The notes: generated by a model not told the origin, from the sequence alone. A DNA stretch of 64,000 nt from Cetorhinus maximus (GCF_964194155.1 NC_135890.1:38688001-38752000); one strand, 5' to 3'; positions 26,151 through 39,544 are shown, counted from the first letter of the stretch. Program-made: numbers and translations.

Positions 26151-26989
26151 TGTTATGACACAGCAGATGGTAAATATCGAGCTGTTCAATCCCAGAGAGA
26201 AACTTGAAACAACTGACACAACTAATTCTCGATTTGTATAAATTTCGAGATGCGTGCCTTGAATTCAGTAGTAATAAGACCAAGTCTTAAAAGGTTTTTA
26301 TAAAACTAGGTTAAACATTAAGAGAAATTATTTTAAATGCATACGTAGATCTACAAATTACTACCATAATAACTTCTAAACCCCCTACTCAATCTAACTC
26401 TCAGTTACATTTTCGTTAAGGCAACAATAAGGCACACAGATTTTAAAAGGCCCAGGTAAAGAAACATGATACCGTAAGCAAGTCTAAATCCAAGTGAGTT
26501 TTCTTAACTTCAGTCCTTGGAAGGCAGCAGCTTGAGGCATAGATGCTGAAGACTTTTCATACTTGTAAGATCTTAGAAATACCTTCCCTTACACACAGCC
26601 CTTGCTGCTTCTTCTTTATATATATCTTCCTCTTTAAATGCAAATACCTGTTGTTTCACTTTGTCTTTGGACTTGATCTCCCTGATAATAAAACCCTCTC
26701 ATGGCACTAAGTTTTACCAGTAATCTTTGGGAAAAATAAACACACAGTTTCAAAACTTCACCTAGTTAAGTGACACTTTTCACCGCTCCTTTGAAAACAA
26801 TTTAGTCTGGTTTATTTCAAAATGCAGATGTTCCCTTGACGCCTATGTTTCTAAACTTCCCCATGTTTATCTTATTAACATTTCAAACCTACCCTCTCTT
26901 CTTAAATCCACACACACAAACACACAATGACTACTCCATTTTACAATAAATTCCAATAACATTATGAGAATTATTATATCTTCTTGACA
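26151..26989 (-). mobile_element. Solo LTR (839 bp)
   Basis: TGTTATGAC...CTTGACA termini, 4-bp TSD ATGT (26147-26150 / 26990-26993); homologous to 4392-5223. Strand is tentative. Confidence 0.82.
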
Positions 26990-27227
26990 ATGTGGTTGGC
27001 CCAAATAGATTTCTGGTCAATATTAAGTTGTTCAATGATGTAATGCCATTGAATATCAAAGGAAGGTGGTCAGAATCTCTCTTGTTGGAGGTGATCATTA
27101 ACTGGCATGTGTGGGTCAGTGTATAAGATCCTGAACGGTCTTGACAAGGTGGACATGGAAAGGATGTTTCCTCTCGTGGGTGAGTCCTGAACAAGGGGGC
27201 ACTGCTTTAAAATTAGGGGGTCGCACT

Positions 27228-28340
27228 CCTTGGCATCAAGGAGCACTAGCAAAACTGGAGTCAATGGGAATCAGAGGGAAAACTCTCCACTGGTTGGAGT
27301 CATACCTTGCACAAAAGGAAGATGGTTGTGGTTGTTGGAAGCCAAACATCTCAGTTCCAGGACATCACTGCAGGAGTTCCTCAGGGTAGTGTCCTAGGCC
27401 CAACCATCTTCAGCCGATTCATCAATGACCTTCCCTCCATCATAAGGTCAGAAGTGGGGATGTTCAGCACCATTTGCAACTCTCCAGGTACTGAAGCAGT
27501 CCATGTCCAAATGCAGCTAGACCTAGACAATATCCAGCCTTGGGCTGACAAATGGCAAGTAACACTAACACCACACAAGTGCCAGGCAATGACCATCTCC
27601 AACAAGAGAGAAACTAACCATCTCCCCATGGCATTCAATGGCATTACCATCACAATCTCCCACTATCAATATCCTAGGGGTTACCATTGGCCAGAAACTG
27701 AACTGGACTAGCCACGTAAATTCTGTGGTTACAAGAGCAGGTCAGGGGCTGGGAAACCTGGGATGAGTAACTCATCTCCTGACTCCCCAAAGCCTGTCCA
27801 CCATCTACAAAAGCACAAGTCAGGAGTGTGATGTAAATTCTCCCCTTGCCTGGATGAGTGCAGCTCCCACAACACTTAAGAAGCTTGACACCATCCAGGA
27901 CAAAGCAGCCCACTTGATTTGCACCGCATCCACAAACACTCACTCCCTCCACCACCGACGCACAGTAGCAATAGTGTGTACCATCTGCAAGATGCACTGC
28001 AGAAACTCACCAAGGCTCCTTAGGCAGCACTTTCCAAACACATGACCACTACCATCTAGAAGGACAAGGACAGCAGATGCATGGGAACGCCACCACCTGG
28101 AAGTTCCCCTCCACGCCACACACCATCCTGACTTGGAAATATATCACCGCTCCTTCACTATCACTGGGTCAAAATCCTGGAACTCCCTCCCTAACAGCAC
28201 TCTGGGTGTACCTACACCACAGGGACTGCAGCGGTTCAAGGCAGCAGCTCACCACCACCTTCTCAAGGGCAATTAGGAATGAGTAATAAATGCTGGCCTC
28301 ACTAGCGACGCCCAGATCCCATCAATGAATTAAAAAAGAT
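27228..28340 (+). mobile_element. Family-B (CR1/L2-group) LINE 3' half
   Basis: RT motif AGVPQGSVLGPTIFSRFINDLP, DLDNIQPWADKWQV, and a 3' tail ending ATGAATTAAAAA. Preceded by a small CR1 piece at 27118-27225. Confidence 0.9.
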
Positions 28341-30284
28341 AAAGCAGCCATTCACCTTGCTATGTGCAAATTGCTGTGATTGTTGCCACACCTCAAAAGT
28401 AGATAATTAGCTGTGAAGCATCAATGTCCAAAGAACATTAAAGGCATTGCATATAGAGAGACTTCCATTTATATAAACAGGAATCGTATTGCCAAATTAA
28501 AAATGGTATTCATCACCTTATTTAGACCAACATTTTTCCCCATTAAATTTAATAATGCAAATACACAGAAAATGAGATGCAAGATAAAATTAAAATAAAT
28601 TATATACAGACATAGAGGCATGGTTTCTGTGTATACAATAAATGAGTGCCTCAACCTTTAATATATTTTTAAAAAGAACCACTGCATATTGAAGAAGGAA
28701 CAAGCCTTAAGAAAATAGCATTGGTGCAAACTTGAAGGAGAAAGAAATAGAGGACAAAGTGCAAGGTGGGAACAGGTAATCAGAGTGGGAAGAGGCTCAT
28801 AAGAATATTAACTCTGGCATAGACCAGTTGGGCCCAGTGACCCGCTTCTGTGCTGTAGATTTTATGTAACCACAATGGAGTAAAACAAAATTATGCAGAA
28901 CCACAAAATGGGGAAGGGAAAGGAAATCTATTCACAGGAATGCATTCATGTTGAGTGAGGAGCTAGGAAAAATGCACTAATTAAAGAACAGTCTGCTGTA
29001 ATTCATTTATAAGTCATTTATAGTTTTTACAAAGAATTCCTTGTTTAGCGACTCATATGTAGCTTGAATGCAAGAAAAAAAAAGTTCCTTTCTTTGTCTC
29101 TTCTTTCCTCCCCAAAAAGCAAAAGGACAATTGAGGAATCAGAGTACAAAAATGTAGGACTGGGAAAAAAATTCTATTTTCTTTTAATTTACCAGTATTT
29201 TTAAATTATGATAATTCAGTTTTATTTTCCAATTTTACTTCCCTTAACTCCTTTGCATAAAGTTTACTCTATTTCTTTAAGGAAAAAATATAACATAGCA
29301 AACAATTTTAATTTGCCTCCTATATATTTCCTTCCTGCTTCTCAACCTTCTCACTATCTCAAACTGCAAGTATGGGAGCTACCAAATTTACTAACTTTCT
29401 GAGAGATTCTGTGCTGAAAGCAGTTTCATCTTCACCCAAGAATATTGAAGTGATTATAAGTACATTTTCCTGCTCTCTGTGACATGGGACAAACACCAAA
29501 AGTATTTAATTCTTGCTGGGGGAAAGAGAAGATACACTACACAAGAAGCAGTGTAAAAATCCTCATCAGATTTTTTTTATTTCCTAAATTTTTAAGTCGG
29601 CACCGCAAATATTCTCAAAAGTTGGTGTTACACATACCATTACAAATTATAAGAGCCATCGTACTAATTAATTCGGAGCCTTGCCAGTAAATTAATTGAC
29701 AGCCAGGGGTAATGCAGTGTGACCACAGGAGTAGGGCCAGAGAGCTATCTAAACGGTACATCCTCTTTTTATACCAAAAACCCCACATTAACCCTTCCTA
29801 ATGACAGATACTCAAATGTAACTGCCTAAAAAAACAGACGAGAGAGGGAAATTGTTGCTTCTTGTGTTGACCAAAAGCCAAAAAGAATGCAGTACCAGGC
29901 ACCATTAATTTGCTCATGTAGCTAATATACTGAAAATTCACAGAACATTCTGGGCTGAAATATTCCAAATCTGATAGGTCAGTAATAATGAAAAGCAAAA
30001 TAATTTTATTTCTGTAAAACAGAAAATGTCCATCTGTATCGTAATTGTACCTTGTGCAGGCACTAAGACAGAGGACAGTCATCGGATTCCAAAAGCCTAT
30101 GAGTTGAGAAACGTGTGTATAAGGATTGACAGATCACAGAGGTCAATCTATCTGGCACCCTATATGGTGCTTTTCTCCATTGGCCATTATAGGTTGACAT
30201 TGAGGGTGTGCTGCACTATCAAGGGTGCCACCTTTCACATGCTATGTTAAAACTGTGGCCCTGTCTGTAATCTTAGGCAGAGTA

Positions 30285-32420
30285 CAACAACAACCTGCAT
30301 AGGCACCTTTAAGTTAATAAAACATCCCAAGACATTCACAAGAGGATTACAAAAGGAAAATAAACTGACATCGACATGAAGCCACATAGAGATATTATAG
30401 CAGATGACCAAAAACTTGGGCAAAGAGGTAGATGTTAAGGAGCAATTTAAGGGGAAAGAAGAGCAAAAGTTTAGGGAGGGAACACCAGAGATTAAGGCCT
30501 TGGCAGCTGAAGACATGGCTATCAATGGTGGAGCAATTAAAATCGCGGATCTGTCAGAATTAGAGGACTGCAACTACCTTGGAGTGTTGTGAAGCTGAGA
30601 TTAGAAAGAGGGAGGGACAAGGCCATGGAGGAATTTGATAAATTTTAAAATCAAGATGTTGCTTAATCAGGAGCCAAAATCAGTGAGCACAGGGGGATTA
30701 CAAATGAATGGGATATGGTGCATGATCAGATACAGGCAATGGAGTTTTGGAAGACATCAGTTTACTGAGGGTAGAGTATGGGAGGCAAATAAAGGGTCAC
30801 ATCTAGAAGTATTAGACATGGATGAGGATTCAGCAGCAGAGAAGCTGAGGCAGAGGCAGGGTTGAGAACTATGAGAACTTATAAAGGTGAAAATACGTGG
30901 TTTTAATGATGGCGTGGACACGTGGTCAGAAGCTCACCACAGAGTCAAAGATGATACCAAGATTGTGAACAGTCTGGTTCAGCCTCACACAGTTTCAAGG
31001 GAGAGGGATGGAGCCAGTAGCTATGCAATGGAGTATGTGGTAAGGACCAAAGACAATGACTTCGACCTTCCCAATATCCAATTGGAGGAAAGTTCTGTTC
31101 ATCCAGTATTGAATGTCAGACAAGCAGCTTGACAACGCAAAGACAGTGGAGAGGTCACGAGGGATGGCAGTGAGGTAGAGCTGGCTGTCATCAATGTACA
31201 TGTGGAAACTGACACGGTTTTTGGATGATGTTGCCAAGGGGCAGTATGTGGATGAGAAATAGGAGGATGCCAGGGATAGACCCGTGGTGTGGGAGTGGGA
31301 AGAGAAACCATTGCAGTCGATTCGCTGACAATGAGTCAACACATAAGAATGGAACCAGACGAGTGCTGTCCCACCAAGCTGAAGGAGATGAATTTCATGA
31401 ACAAGATGAGCTCAGAAAGCACATACAGGGAGGTAGAAGAGAAACCAGAGAAAGATGCAAGTTCAGAGCTAGGGCAGGGGATAGACTTAGAGAAGTTTGG
31501 GCCAGCAGACGAGAGGAAGGGAGAGGCGTAGCAGATGGAGTTGATCAAATGGTCTCAATCTTAGTGACAAAGTAGTCCATGATCATTGAGCACATGTTGT
31601 AGGAGGTGGAAGAGACATGGGACAGGGGTTTAAGACAACAATTTGCAGTAGAGAAATGATGCTGCGAGTCATCTTTGCATTCCAGGATCATCCTGGAATA
31701 GAGCAGTTTTAGCAGACAAGAACAGGATCGAACAGTGTTTTATTTGATCCAATCAGCTCTGCCAGCGAATGGCTAAATCAGTTATCCACCACATTCGCTC
31801 AAGACTGCACCCCTTGGACTTAAGGGAGCAGAGGTGAGGGCCGTGCCAGTGAGAACAGCAAGGGTGAAAGAGAGTAACTGTCTTAATATGGACTAAAGCA
31901 CTGAAGGTGGAAGTGAAGATATGGTTGAGTAGATTGGTAGCTGCAGAAATGTGGTGAATGGAGGGCCAAAGGATAGAGAATTGGGATTTTGAAAGTGCAG
32001 TTGTAAGTGAATTCAGAGAGAGCATTTTCCAGGAACTGATAAATAAGGAAGTAGGGTTGTGAGTGAAAGGGGAATGTGGGTGGTGAGCAATACAAGAGCA
32101 AATAATCAGGGCTGGCCTTATCTGTGATCGATACAATGAGTGTGGAAAAGCCATGTGAGATGGCAAAGTCAAGGGTGTAGCTGTGAATGTGTGTTGGGGA
32201 GTTTAGATAGAGGAAGGTTAAGGAAGGATAGGAGGGCAGTGAACTCAGATGAGAATATGATTTAAGACAGTGGTTGAAATCACCAAGGATGAGAAGTCAC
32301 TTGGTGCAAAGACTGAGGGAGGAAAGTACTAAAGATATCTCAGTGAGAAACTTGGTGTGGTACTTGAGTGTGGGTGTAGGGATTTTAAACGGGCGATGTG
32401 ATAGGTAGAACAAAGTGAGG
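30285..32420 (-). mobile_element. L2-clade LINE, degraded, apparently splitting a DeuSINE-like element (30185-30280 / 32430-32710)
   Basis: SFHMYIDDSQLYL...CLSDIQYWMNRTFLQLDIGKVEVIVFG and APE motif LILGDFNH near 32270-32300; the flanks join into a plus-strand SINE ending GGCACTATATAAATGCAAGTC. Confidence 0.75.
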
Positions 32421-32989
32421 TATTTAAAGATAAAAGATACCATGGCACTATTCAAAAGAAGAGCATGGGAGTTCTCCTGGTATCCTGACCAAAAATTATC
32501 CCTCGAACAACATTAATAGAACAGATGATCTGCTCATTTATTTCATTGGCGTTTGAGAAGCTTGTTGCAGCAGATTGGCATTTCCTACATTACAACAATA
32601 ACTGCACTTCAAAGTACTTCATTGGCTGCAAACCCTACTTCCTTATTTATCTGCACGTTGGGATGAGCTGTCACTATAAGGCACTATATAAATGCAAGTC
32701 TTTCTATTTTCATAAGCTTGATTAAACATTTTACACAAGCTGCTGAATTTTTAAAACCTCATTCTCAACTGCTTAGTAGTATTGCTGCTGAGAAATGATA
32801 ACTCCCTCATCAATGTTGAAAAGTTATACCAGGTTAACAAGAGTAAAGGATACATAACTTAGAGTTGTAGAAGTAAGCAAATTATGAAGATGCTCTTTCA
32901 TAAATGTCACTCTTAATACACAGATTTTTTTCCCCAAATAAGACTCAGGTTTTCACAGTACATTCCAAGGCCTTAACTTCTACCACCGA

Positions 32990-33270
32990 AAATAACAAGG
33001 GCAACTGACAAATGGGAACACCATCACCCACAAATTCCCCTCCAAGTCGCATCCTGAATTGGAATTATAATTGCTGTTCCTTCACTGTCGCTGGGTCAAA
33101 ATCCAGGAACTCCCTCCCAAACAGCATTGTAGGTGTTCCTACATCATATGAAATGCAGCAGTTCAAAAAGGCAGCTCACCACCACCTTCTTAAGGGAAAC
33201 CAGATTTGGGTAATAAATGCTGATCTTGCCAGTGATGACCAAATCCCATGAACTAACTTTAAAAAAAAAT
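32990..33270 (+). mobile_element. Family-B LINE 3' end
   Basis: SFTVAGSKSRNSLPNSIVGVPT...FKKAAHHHLLKGN followed by an A-rich tail. Confidence 0.85.
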
Positions 33271-34329
33271 TACTGAAGATAAATATAAATGTTATTTTTT
33301 CTGTATTCATATATATACAAATTCAATTCAGTAATTTATTGAATAGGGAGGGGTAGACAGTAATGATTAACCAGGGTTACTAAGAATCGTCAAAATTGCA
33401 GCACAGTGGGCCATTTCCCTGTCTTAGCCCATCAACTGGAGCTATCTACTTTTACCCCATTTTCCCAATCTTTCCTTTGCTGACCTTCTATTCAAAACAT
33501 ATTTGCAATTATTTTTTATGTTCTGCCTCAACAGCCACGTGTGGCAACACTCAAATAGGCCTCAGCATGAAAAAAAACATCTTCCTTCTTCCAGTGACAA
33601 CCTTGAGGCTCCGCTTCCTGGTTACTGATTTGCTAACCAGTGAAACAATATTCCACTAAATATCCTCTCAACCCTTTCACTAATCTTAAAAACCTCGAAT
33701 GGATTTCCTCCCCTTTTAAGTTGTTCTAATAAATTTTCACTGCACCCTTTCCTTGGCTTTGCCTATGTCTTATGGGTTGTTCAGAACTATACAACGTTAC
33801 AAGCGTGGCCTCAACTCCTGCACAAATTCGTAAATTGCTGCCTTCTTTTTGGATTACCCTTCAGCTTCAAATGCCGCTGCTTTAACCACAATAAATCTGA
33901 AGGCACAGGTTGCACGAACAAAAAAATTAAAGCAAAAACAAAAATACCTGGGAAAACTCAGCAGGATGCTGTCAGACCTGCTGAGTTTTTCCAGGTATTT
34001 TTGGATTTCCAGCATCCGCAGTTTTTTTGCTTTTTATAAAAAAAAAATTAAAGCAACCATCATTTCATTCATTCACTCGGAAAATAGTCAGTTCAATCCC
34101 CAACAATTCCAATGCATCTTTTATAAGAAACATTGTTCCTCGAAAATTACTTTGGGAGCGCCTTTCAAAGGCACAAACATTCCTTAAACCGTTTGGATCA
34201 TATCAGGGGAGGTGAGGAGAAAGGACCAGGTTAATAATACCCAGCACAGCAAGAGCAGCTTCCGGTTGTCAAGGGGGTTGCATTGGGCCTTGAGGACAAG
34301 GCCAGTCACATCGAGGGATTTCTCATTCA

Positions 34330-35020
34330 CACACACACACACACATAAATAAATAAGCAAAAAGCGAAAGGCTGCCTCCCGGAGCAGCGGGAAACAAAGA
34401 TTTCACCATCACTGACATCCAGCTCAGGCCCGAGCCCCGAGGGTGGAGCAGGGGAGTGGCGCTGCAAGGGAGCCGGAACCCTGGGCCCCGGCACCGACCA
34501 TCCCACCGCCGCCCCGAGTGTGAGAAAGGCCCGATCCGAGAATGACAAAAATCCCTCTCACCCGTAACATAATGAACAAAGAATGGAAGGCACGGCACTC
34601 ACCCGGCTCTGACACGCAAATCACAGCTAACTTTCATTAACACCTGCCGAGCTCCAGCCCGACCCCGCCGCCGCTTCAGCCAATAATGACATGAAACCTT
34701 GAAACCTTCTGCTTGTCCCCGCCGCCCACCTCCCTCCCTTCCTTCCCAGCGTGTGTTTATCCACAACAATAAACAGCCCGACCGCTGCAGGTAAAACAGC
34801 AGCGCCGCCGGCCGCCTACCGACCACAAAACCCGGAGCTGGAATCACAACCGCAGCTGGAGCAACAACCGCAGCTGGAGCCTCCCGTCCAGATTCCCCAC
34901 TTCTCCCCGCCCCTTCCCCGCTCGGGAACCGCTCGCTCCGCCAATCCGTGTTTTCCAACTCACACGCACTTAAAGGGTGAACGGATCTGACAAACTCCCA
35001 GCAGCACGTTCCTATTTAAG
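34330..35020 (-). promoter_or_regulatory. CpG island: probable GRAMD4 promoter and first exon
   Basis: The only clearly non-TE CpG-dense, GC-rich segment in the window. Contains GC-box-like CCCCGCCC (~34905), CCAAT (34941, + strand), an ~18-bp tandem CAACCGCAGCTGGA (~34835-34880) and the splice donor at 34603. Confidence 0.75.
34603..34637 (-). CDS. GRAMD4: Putative coding part of GRAMD4 first exon (MKVSCDLRVRA-G)
   Basis: Strong donor CGG|GTGAGT at 34603/34602 inside the CpG island. The ATG at 34637 gives 35 nt (phase 2), which splices in frame to the 49 stop-free nt preceding the exon-2 ATG. Confidence 0.5.
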
Positions 35021-38000
35021 CAACCCACCAAGATTGAATGGGGGCTAGATATTCGACTGACGTTTTGCTTGGTTTCCTTTCAGGATAAGGAAGTTTGGGA
35101 ACAGATGATACAAAACTAATGGAGGTGGTAGACTGCAAAGCTAAATAGGATCAAGCTACATGAGGATTTGTACTTGTGACTTGTAGATGGGGAGTCAGGA
35201 GGTGACTTCCTTGCCGCAGAACTCCCAGCCTCTGACCTGCTCTTGTAGCCATAACATTGTCACTTGGGTGGCAACTCCACACAAGTGCCAGACAATGACC
35301 ACCTCCAACAAAAAAGACTATCTCCCTTTGACATTCAATGGCGTTACCATTGCTGAATCCCCCACTATCAACATCCTGAAGGTTGCCATTGACCAGAATT
35401 GGACCAGCCATATAAATACTGTGGAGAGCACACCACAAACTGCACATTAAGTGGTAGACACAGTCAAGATAGATCCCATGAATTTTCTCAGCGACCCATT
35501 CAGATATCAGTGATCACTGTAAATCACAAAAATCCTTTAAGCTCTCATCTTTCTCATGAAGAACTTCAGCTCCTCTCCTTCAAGAATATCACCTCTGATT
35601 TCCCTCAAGCCCAACTCAGGCTGGAAGCCCTCTTGATTCTTCTGCCTGCAATGAGTTGTCAGGCAACAGTACTCCAGCTTAAATTGCCCTAATGGCTGTT
35701 CACCAGCCAGTTGCTCAATCTCTTCCCCCAAGACTGCATCTCCTGGTGCTGTCAGGCTGCATTCCATAGTCAGATACTGCACCAGTTCTCCCTCTATCTG
35801 CTCTGAGATGAGCACCACTGTTCCTGGACTTTTCTTTGCCCCAACTACCAGCTTCACTGAACAGACAGCCACATTTCAGCTTCCTTGAGCTGACAACTGC
35901 TCCTCATGGGCATCTCTGAGACCCAACTCCCAGCTGCACTGAGCAATCACTGCTCCAGGGCTTTTCAAGACCAAACTATTCAACAGCACAGAGCTATCAG
36001 TTGCCCCCAAGCTCTTCCTATGCCCCAGCAGAACGGAACTAATGACAGCCCTTCAGCTGCATGGGGCCGACCGTCGTCTTCATCTGCTCCTGACTCCATC
36101 ATGTGGGCTTTCTTTTTGTGCAATATAGACATGCTGCCCGATCCCTGCAGCTCAGGAACCCTGGACCCACTCCTTCAATGCACGACCGCCTCTCTGGAGT
36201 GGATAGTTACCTATTCAACCAATCAGTGGATGCAACTGTGTGTGGAAACCCAGAAAGCAAGCACAGCACACATGTTAGTGATTTTCCCAGCCCAGCCAGC
36301 TCATTATCATTTCCCCACAGGCTGTAAAGTGCCTTGAGATGTTCAAAGGTCATGAAATTCAAGTCTTTCTTTTCAGCGATAGAACAGGGAAATGGGACTG
36401 ATTGGATTGCTCTACAGAGAACTGGCATGGACTTGATGCACTGTGATCCTTCTGTGCTGGAATGACTCAATGATTGCTCTTTTTGTCTTGGAAGTATTTG
36501 TATGTTTGTTAGTTACGTGTAGTTAGTTACAATAGCTGAACGTAAAATGGAGACTTAGTATTCTTTTCGATCATGTTATAAATAAATCACGTCTTTCCAA
36601 ATCAAGACATTCTGGAATGAGCAAAAAGCTTTTAAAATGAAATACAGAAGGGGAAGTCATCTTCCAACAACTCCATGTGCTTTTCAGTCAAGTGCATCAA
36701 ATGTAAATCTATTCACTTAATTGGTCAAATATCAATTTATTTTGCTTTTATCCCACTTCGTATGACTATATCAGCTAAAAAGTAATTCTAAATGGAAATT
36801 TAAATGTTAAGCAGAGTATATCCCCACTGTCGCAGTTTTAATGTGGAACTGTGTGATCTAAGCAATAAATAGAGCTTGTGTAACTTTGGCAAATGAAGGA
36901 AGCGTGACAAAAATTTCTCAAGATGCTTTAGAAAGATAAATTCACAATGATGCTTGTAGGAAATAATACTTCTCAATATTTCCTGAACGTTTATGAAGTA
37001 CACCATTATTATAGTGTATAATTTCCAGGGAATTCTGACTAGAGTGATATATGCCATTACTAGCATCATATCATAATTTTGTATTCTTGCTAAATTAGTT
37101 GAAAATTACTTATAATAGCCCAGCCCGCATCAAAATCAATGGTGATCACAAGATTGCTGAATTAATGCTCCTTTGATTGTCGCTGCTACTTAGACTGTTA
37201 AAGAATGGTGTCAGTGGTTTTGGAACTGTCAAGTGATATTCAAATACTCATTTAGAAATAAACATTAAAAATTGTTCTTTCATCAGCAATCAGATAATTA
37301 AAGAAATTAATACATATGAATGAAGATATCTAAATTGCAAGAAATCTAGCAGTGAGGAAGCTGACAACTCTTCAGTGTCCTTCCTTTACCCAAGTGCTTC
37401 CTCAGAGTTTGTGTCACCATATCCTCAGCTTATGTGCTGGCTGATGCTGACTCTTAACTTAAAATTGGCACTAAGAGAGTGAGCTGAGGAAAACTTTCTT
37501 TGCACAGAGTTCCGAGAACAGAGAACATTTTGCCAAAGGTAATAATTTACATAACTTTTTAAAGGAAGAGTGTGTGACATTTGAAGCAAAGGAACTTACA
37601 GAGCTGTGGAAAGAAAGCAAGGAGTGGAATTAGATTTGATTGCTTCAGTGAAGAATCAGCACTTCTGTGCTGTAAAATTTTAAACCCATTATTTTTTGAA
37701 CTGCAATTAAATATAATAGAATATTAATACAAAATCTAAAATTTGGCAACCATAATTTTCCTGAATTTTTATTGTATATTAGACTGGATACTTGTCTTAA
37801 AAGGGAAAGAAGGTCTCGGGAAGTAAACATACACATTGTTACAAAGGAAAAAATACCAGACATTTTTTTAATGTGGATTTCCCAGCCAGTAATGTGATTT
37901 TCTGGAATCAGGTGGCTCTGTATTGTCCGCAGGCTCGTTTGCAGATGTGACCTCCAATGTTTGCATTGGAATTGTTTAAAGATGTAAGGAAATAGTCTCT

Positions 38001-38604
38001 GGAATTCCATGCCAGCAATAAAATTCAAGCTGAACTCTGTGCCAAAGAATCAAATGGGACTCAAAACATTAACTCTGTTTCTCTCTCCACAGATGCTGCC
38101 AGACCTGCTGAGTTTTCCCAGCACTTTCAGTTTTTACTATATAAAATTCAAGCCATTTGTTTAATCTCAAAGAAATTCCTGATAATTGTTTTTATATTTT
38201 CCATAAAACAGGGAAAAATACTATACTTTTTACTAAAAGTAATTCCAATAAATTACTTACTTCCCTTCAATGGACGTCATTAATAAAAAATATTGTTAAA
38301 GCGAAAGGGAAAGAATACCTTTAAAATAGTCACATAACATTAAATGATTAAAAGAGGGAACGAGCACATGCTAATATTTCTCGATCAGTGTTTTTATCAT
38401 TTCTATTTCCTGTACAAGTCTTTCCATGCATTTCCTAAAGGTAAGAAATAGACTGCTAGTCTGTTGTTAGTCAAGTTGGATGAGTTGGCTGTTGGAATAC
38501 AGGCAGCAACAGCCCATCATTCTCATTCTGAAAGCCACAACCTTCTGAATTGAATGTAATAGTTCTGTCATTGCACCAAGTTAGCAGAAGAAATAACAAA
38601 AAGA

Positions 38605-39190
38605 ACAAAACAAAAACAGAATTACCTGGAAAAACTCAGCAGGTGTGGCAGCATTGGTGGAGAAGAAAACAGTTGACGTTTCGAGTCCTCATGACCCTTC
38701 GGCAGAACTGAAGTATAGTTAGGAGAGAGGTGAAATATAAGCTGGTCTAAGGTGGGGGGCGGGGGGAGAGAGAAGTTGAGGGTGGGGTGGTTGTAGGGAT
38801 AAGCAAGCAGTGATAGGAGCAGATAATCAAAAGATGTCACAGACAAAAGGATCAAAGACGTGTTGAAGGTGGTGATATTATCTAAGAAAAGTGCTAATTA
38901 AGAATGGATGGCAGGATACTCAAGGTACAGCTCTAGTGGGGGTGGGGTGGAAAGACTAACAAAGTTTCAGTTTTAGATTTAAAAATAATGGAAATAGGTG
39001 GGAAAAGAAGAATCTATATAAATTACTGAAAAAAAATGGGAGGGGGAAGAAACGGGGTGGGGATGGGGGGAGGGGGAGTTTAAGATCTAAAGTTGTTGAA
39101 TTCAATGTTCAGCCCGGAAGGCTGTAAAGTGCCTAGTCGGAAGATGAGGTGCTGTTCCTCCAGTTTGCGTTGGGCTTCACTGGAACGAAC
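38605..39190 (-). mobile_element. Penelope 3' end/pLTR
   Basis: Reverse complement of 18010-18600 (EAQRKLEEQHLIFRLGTLQPSGLNIEFNNFRS plus pLTR). Confidence 0.9.
38670..38710 (-). ncRNA. Minimal type-I hammerhead ribozyme motif
   Basis: CAGTT-CTGCCGA-A-GGGTC(ATGAG)GACTC-GAAA-CG-TC-AACTG: perfect 5-bp helix I, GUC cleavage triplet, C at core position 6. Confidence 0.62.
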
Positions 39191-39544
39191 AAAAAGAACT
39201 GATTGACGGAGAAAAAAGGGTTGCACTTATGACCTGATATAACAGAAGCTTAACAGAATTCAATGGAATATAATTTTCCTTTAGTCGTGGTGACTCAGTG
39301 TCTCTTTTCACATATGTGATTTATCAATGTTACAGTACACCCTGCTGGCAGATATAGGGGCTGCGTGCCATTGTTAGGATGCTTTTTAGAATCATTGTGT
39401 TATTGTTTCTCCAGATAAGTTCAATTTCCTTTTGAAAGCCATGATTGTTCTGTTCCATGACACTCTCAGGCAATGCGATTCTAACCGCTAACTGCGTAAA
39501 ATTGTTTCCCTCATGTCGCTTTTCTTCTTTTGCCATTCACTTTA

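Larger units (their letters stand above)
23950..27115 (-). mobile_element. Family-B LINE interrupted by a Tx1 LINE and a solo LTR
   Basis: Colinear pieces 23950-24476, 26045-26150 and 26990-27115 match the reverse complement of 27590-28340. Confidence 0.8.

Noticed and set aside
25510-26241. 243-aa plus-strand ORF
   Set aside because: Antisense shadow of the Tx1 ORF2 running across the insertion junction.
34599-34958. 119-aa ORF over the CpG island as an independent gene
   Set aside because: It starts at TTG, is GC-driven low complexity, and its stop lies in the splice donor. Only the last codons are plausible as GRAMD4 exon 1.
35420-36319. LTR-like element with TGTGGAGA...TCCCCACA ends
   Set aside because: No matching TSD, and the TGTGG is explained by the flanking LINE sequence. 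Left unclassified.
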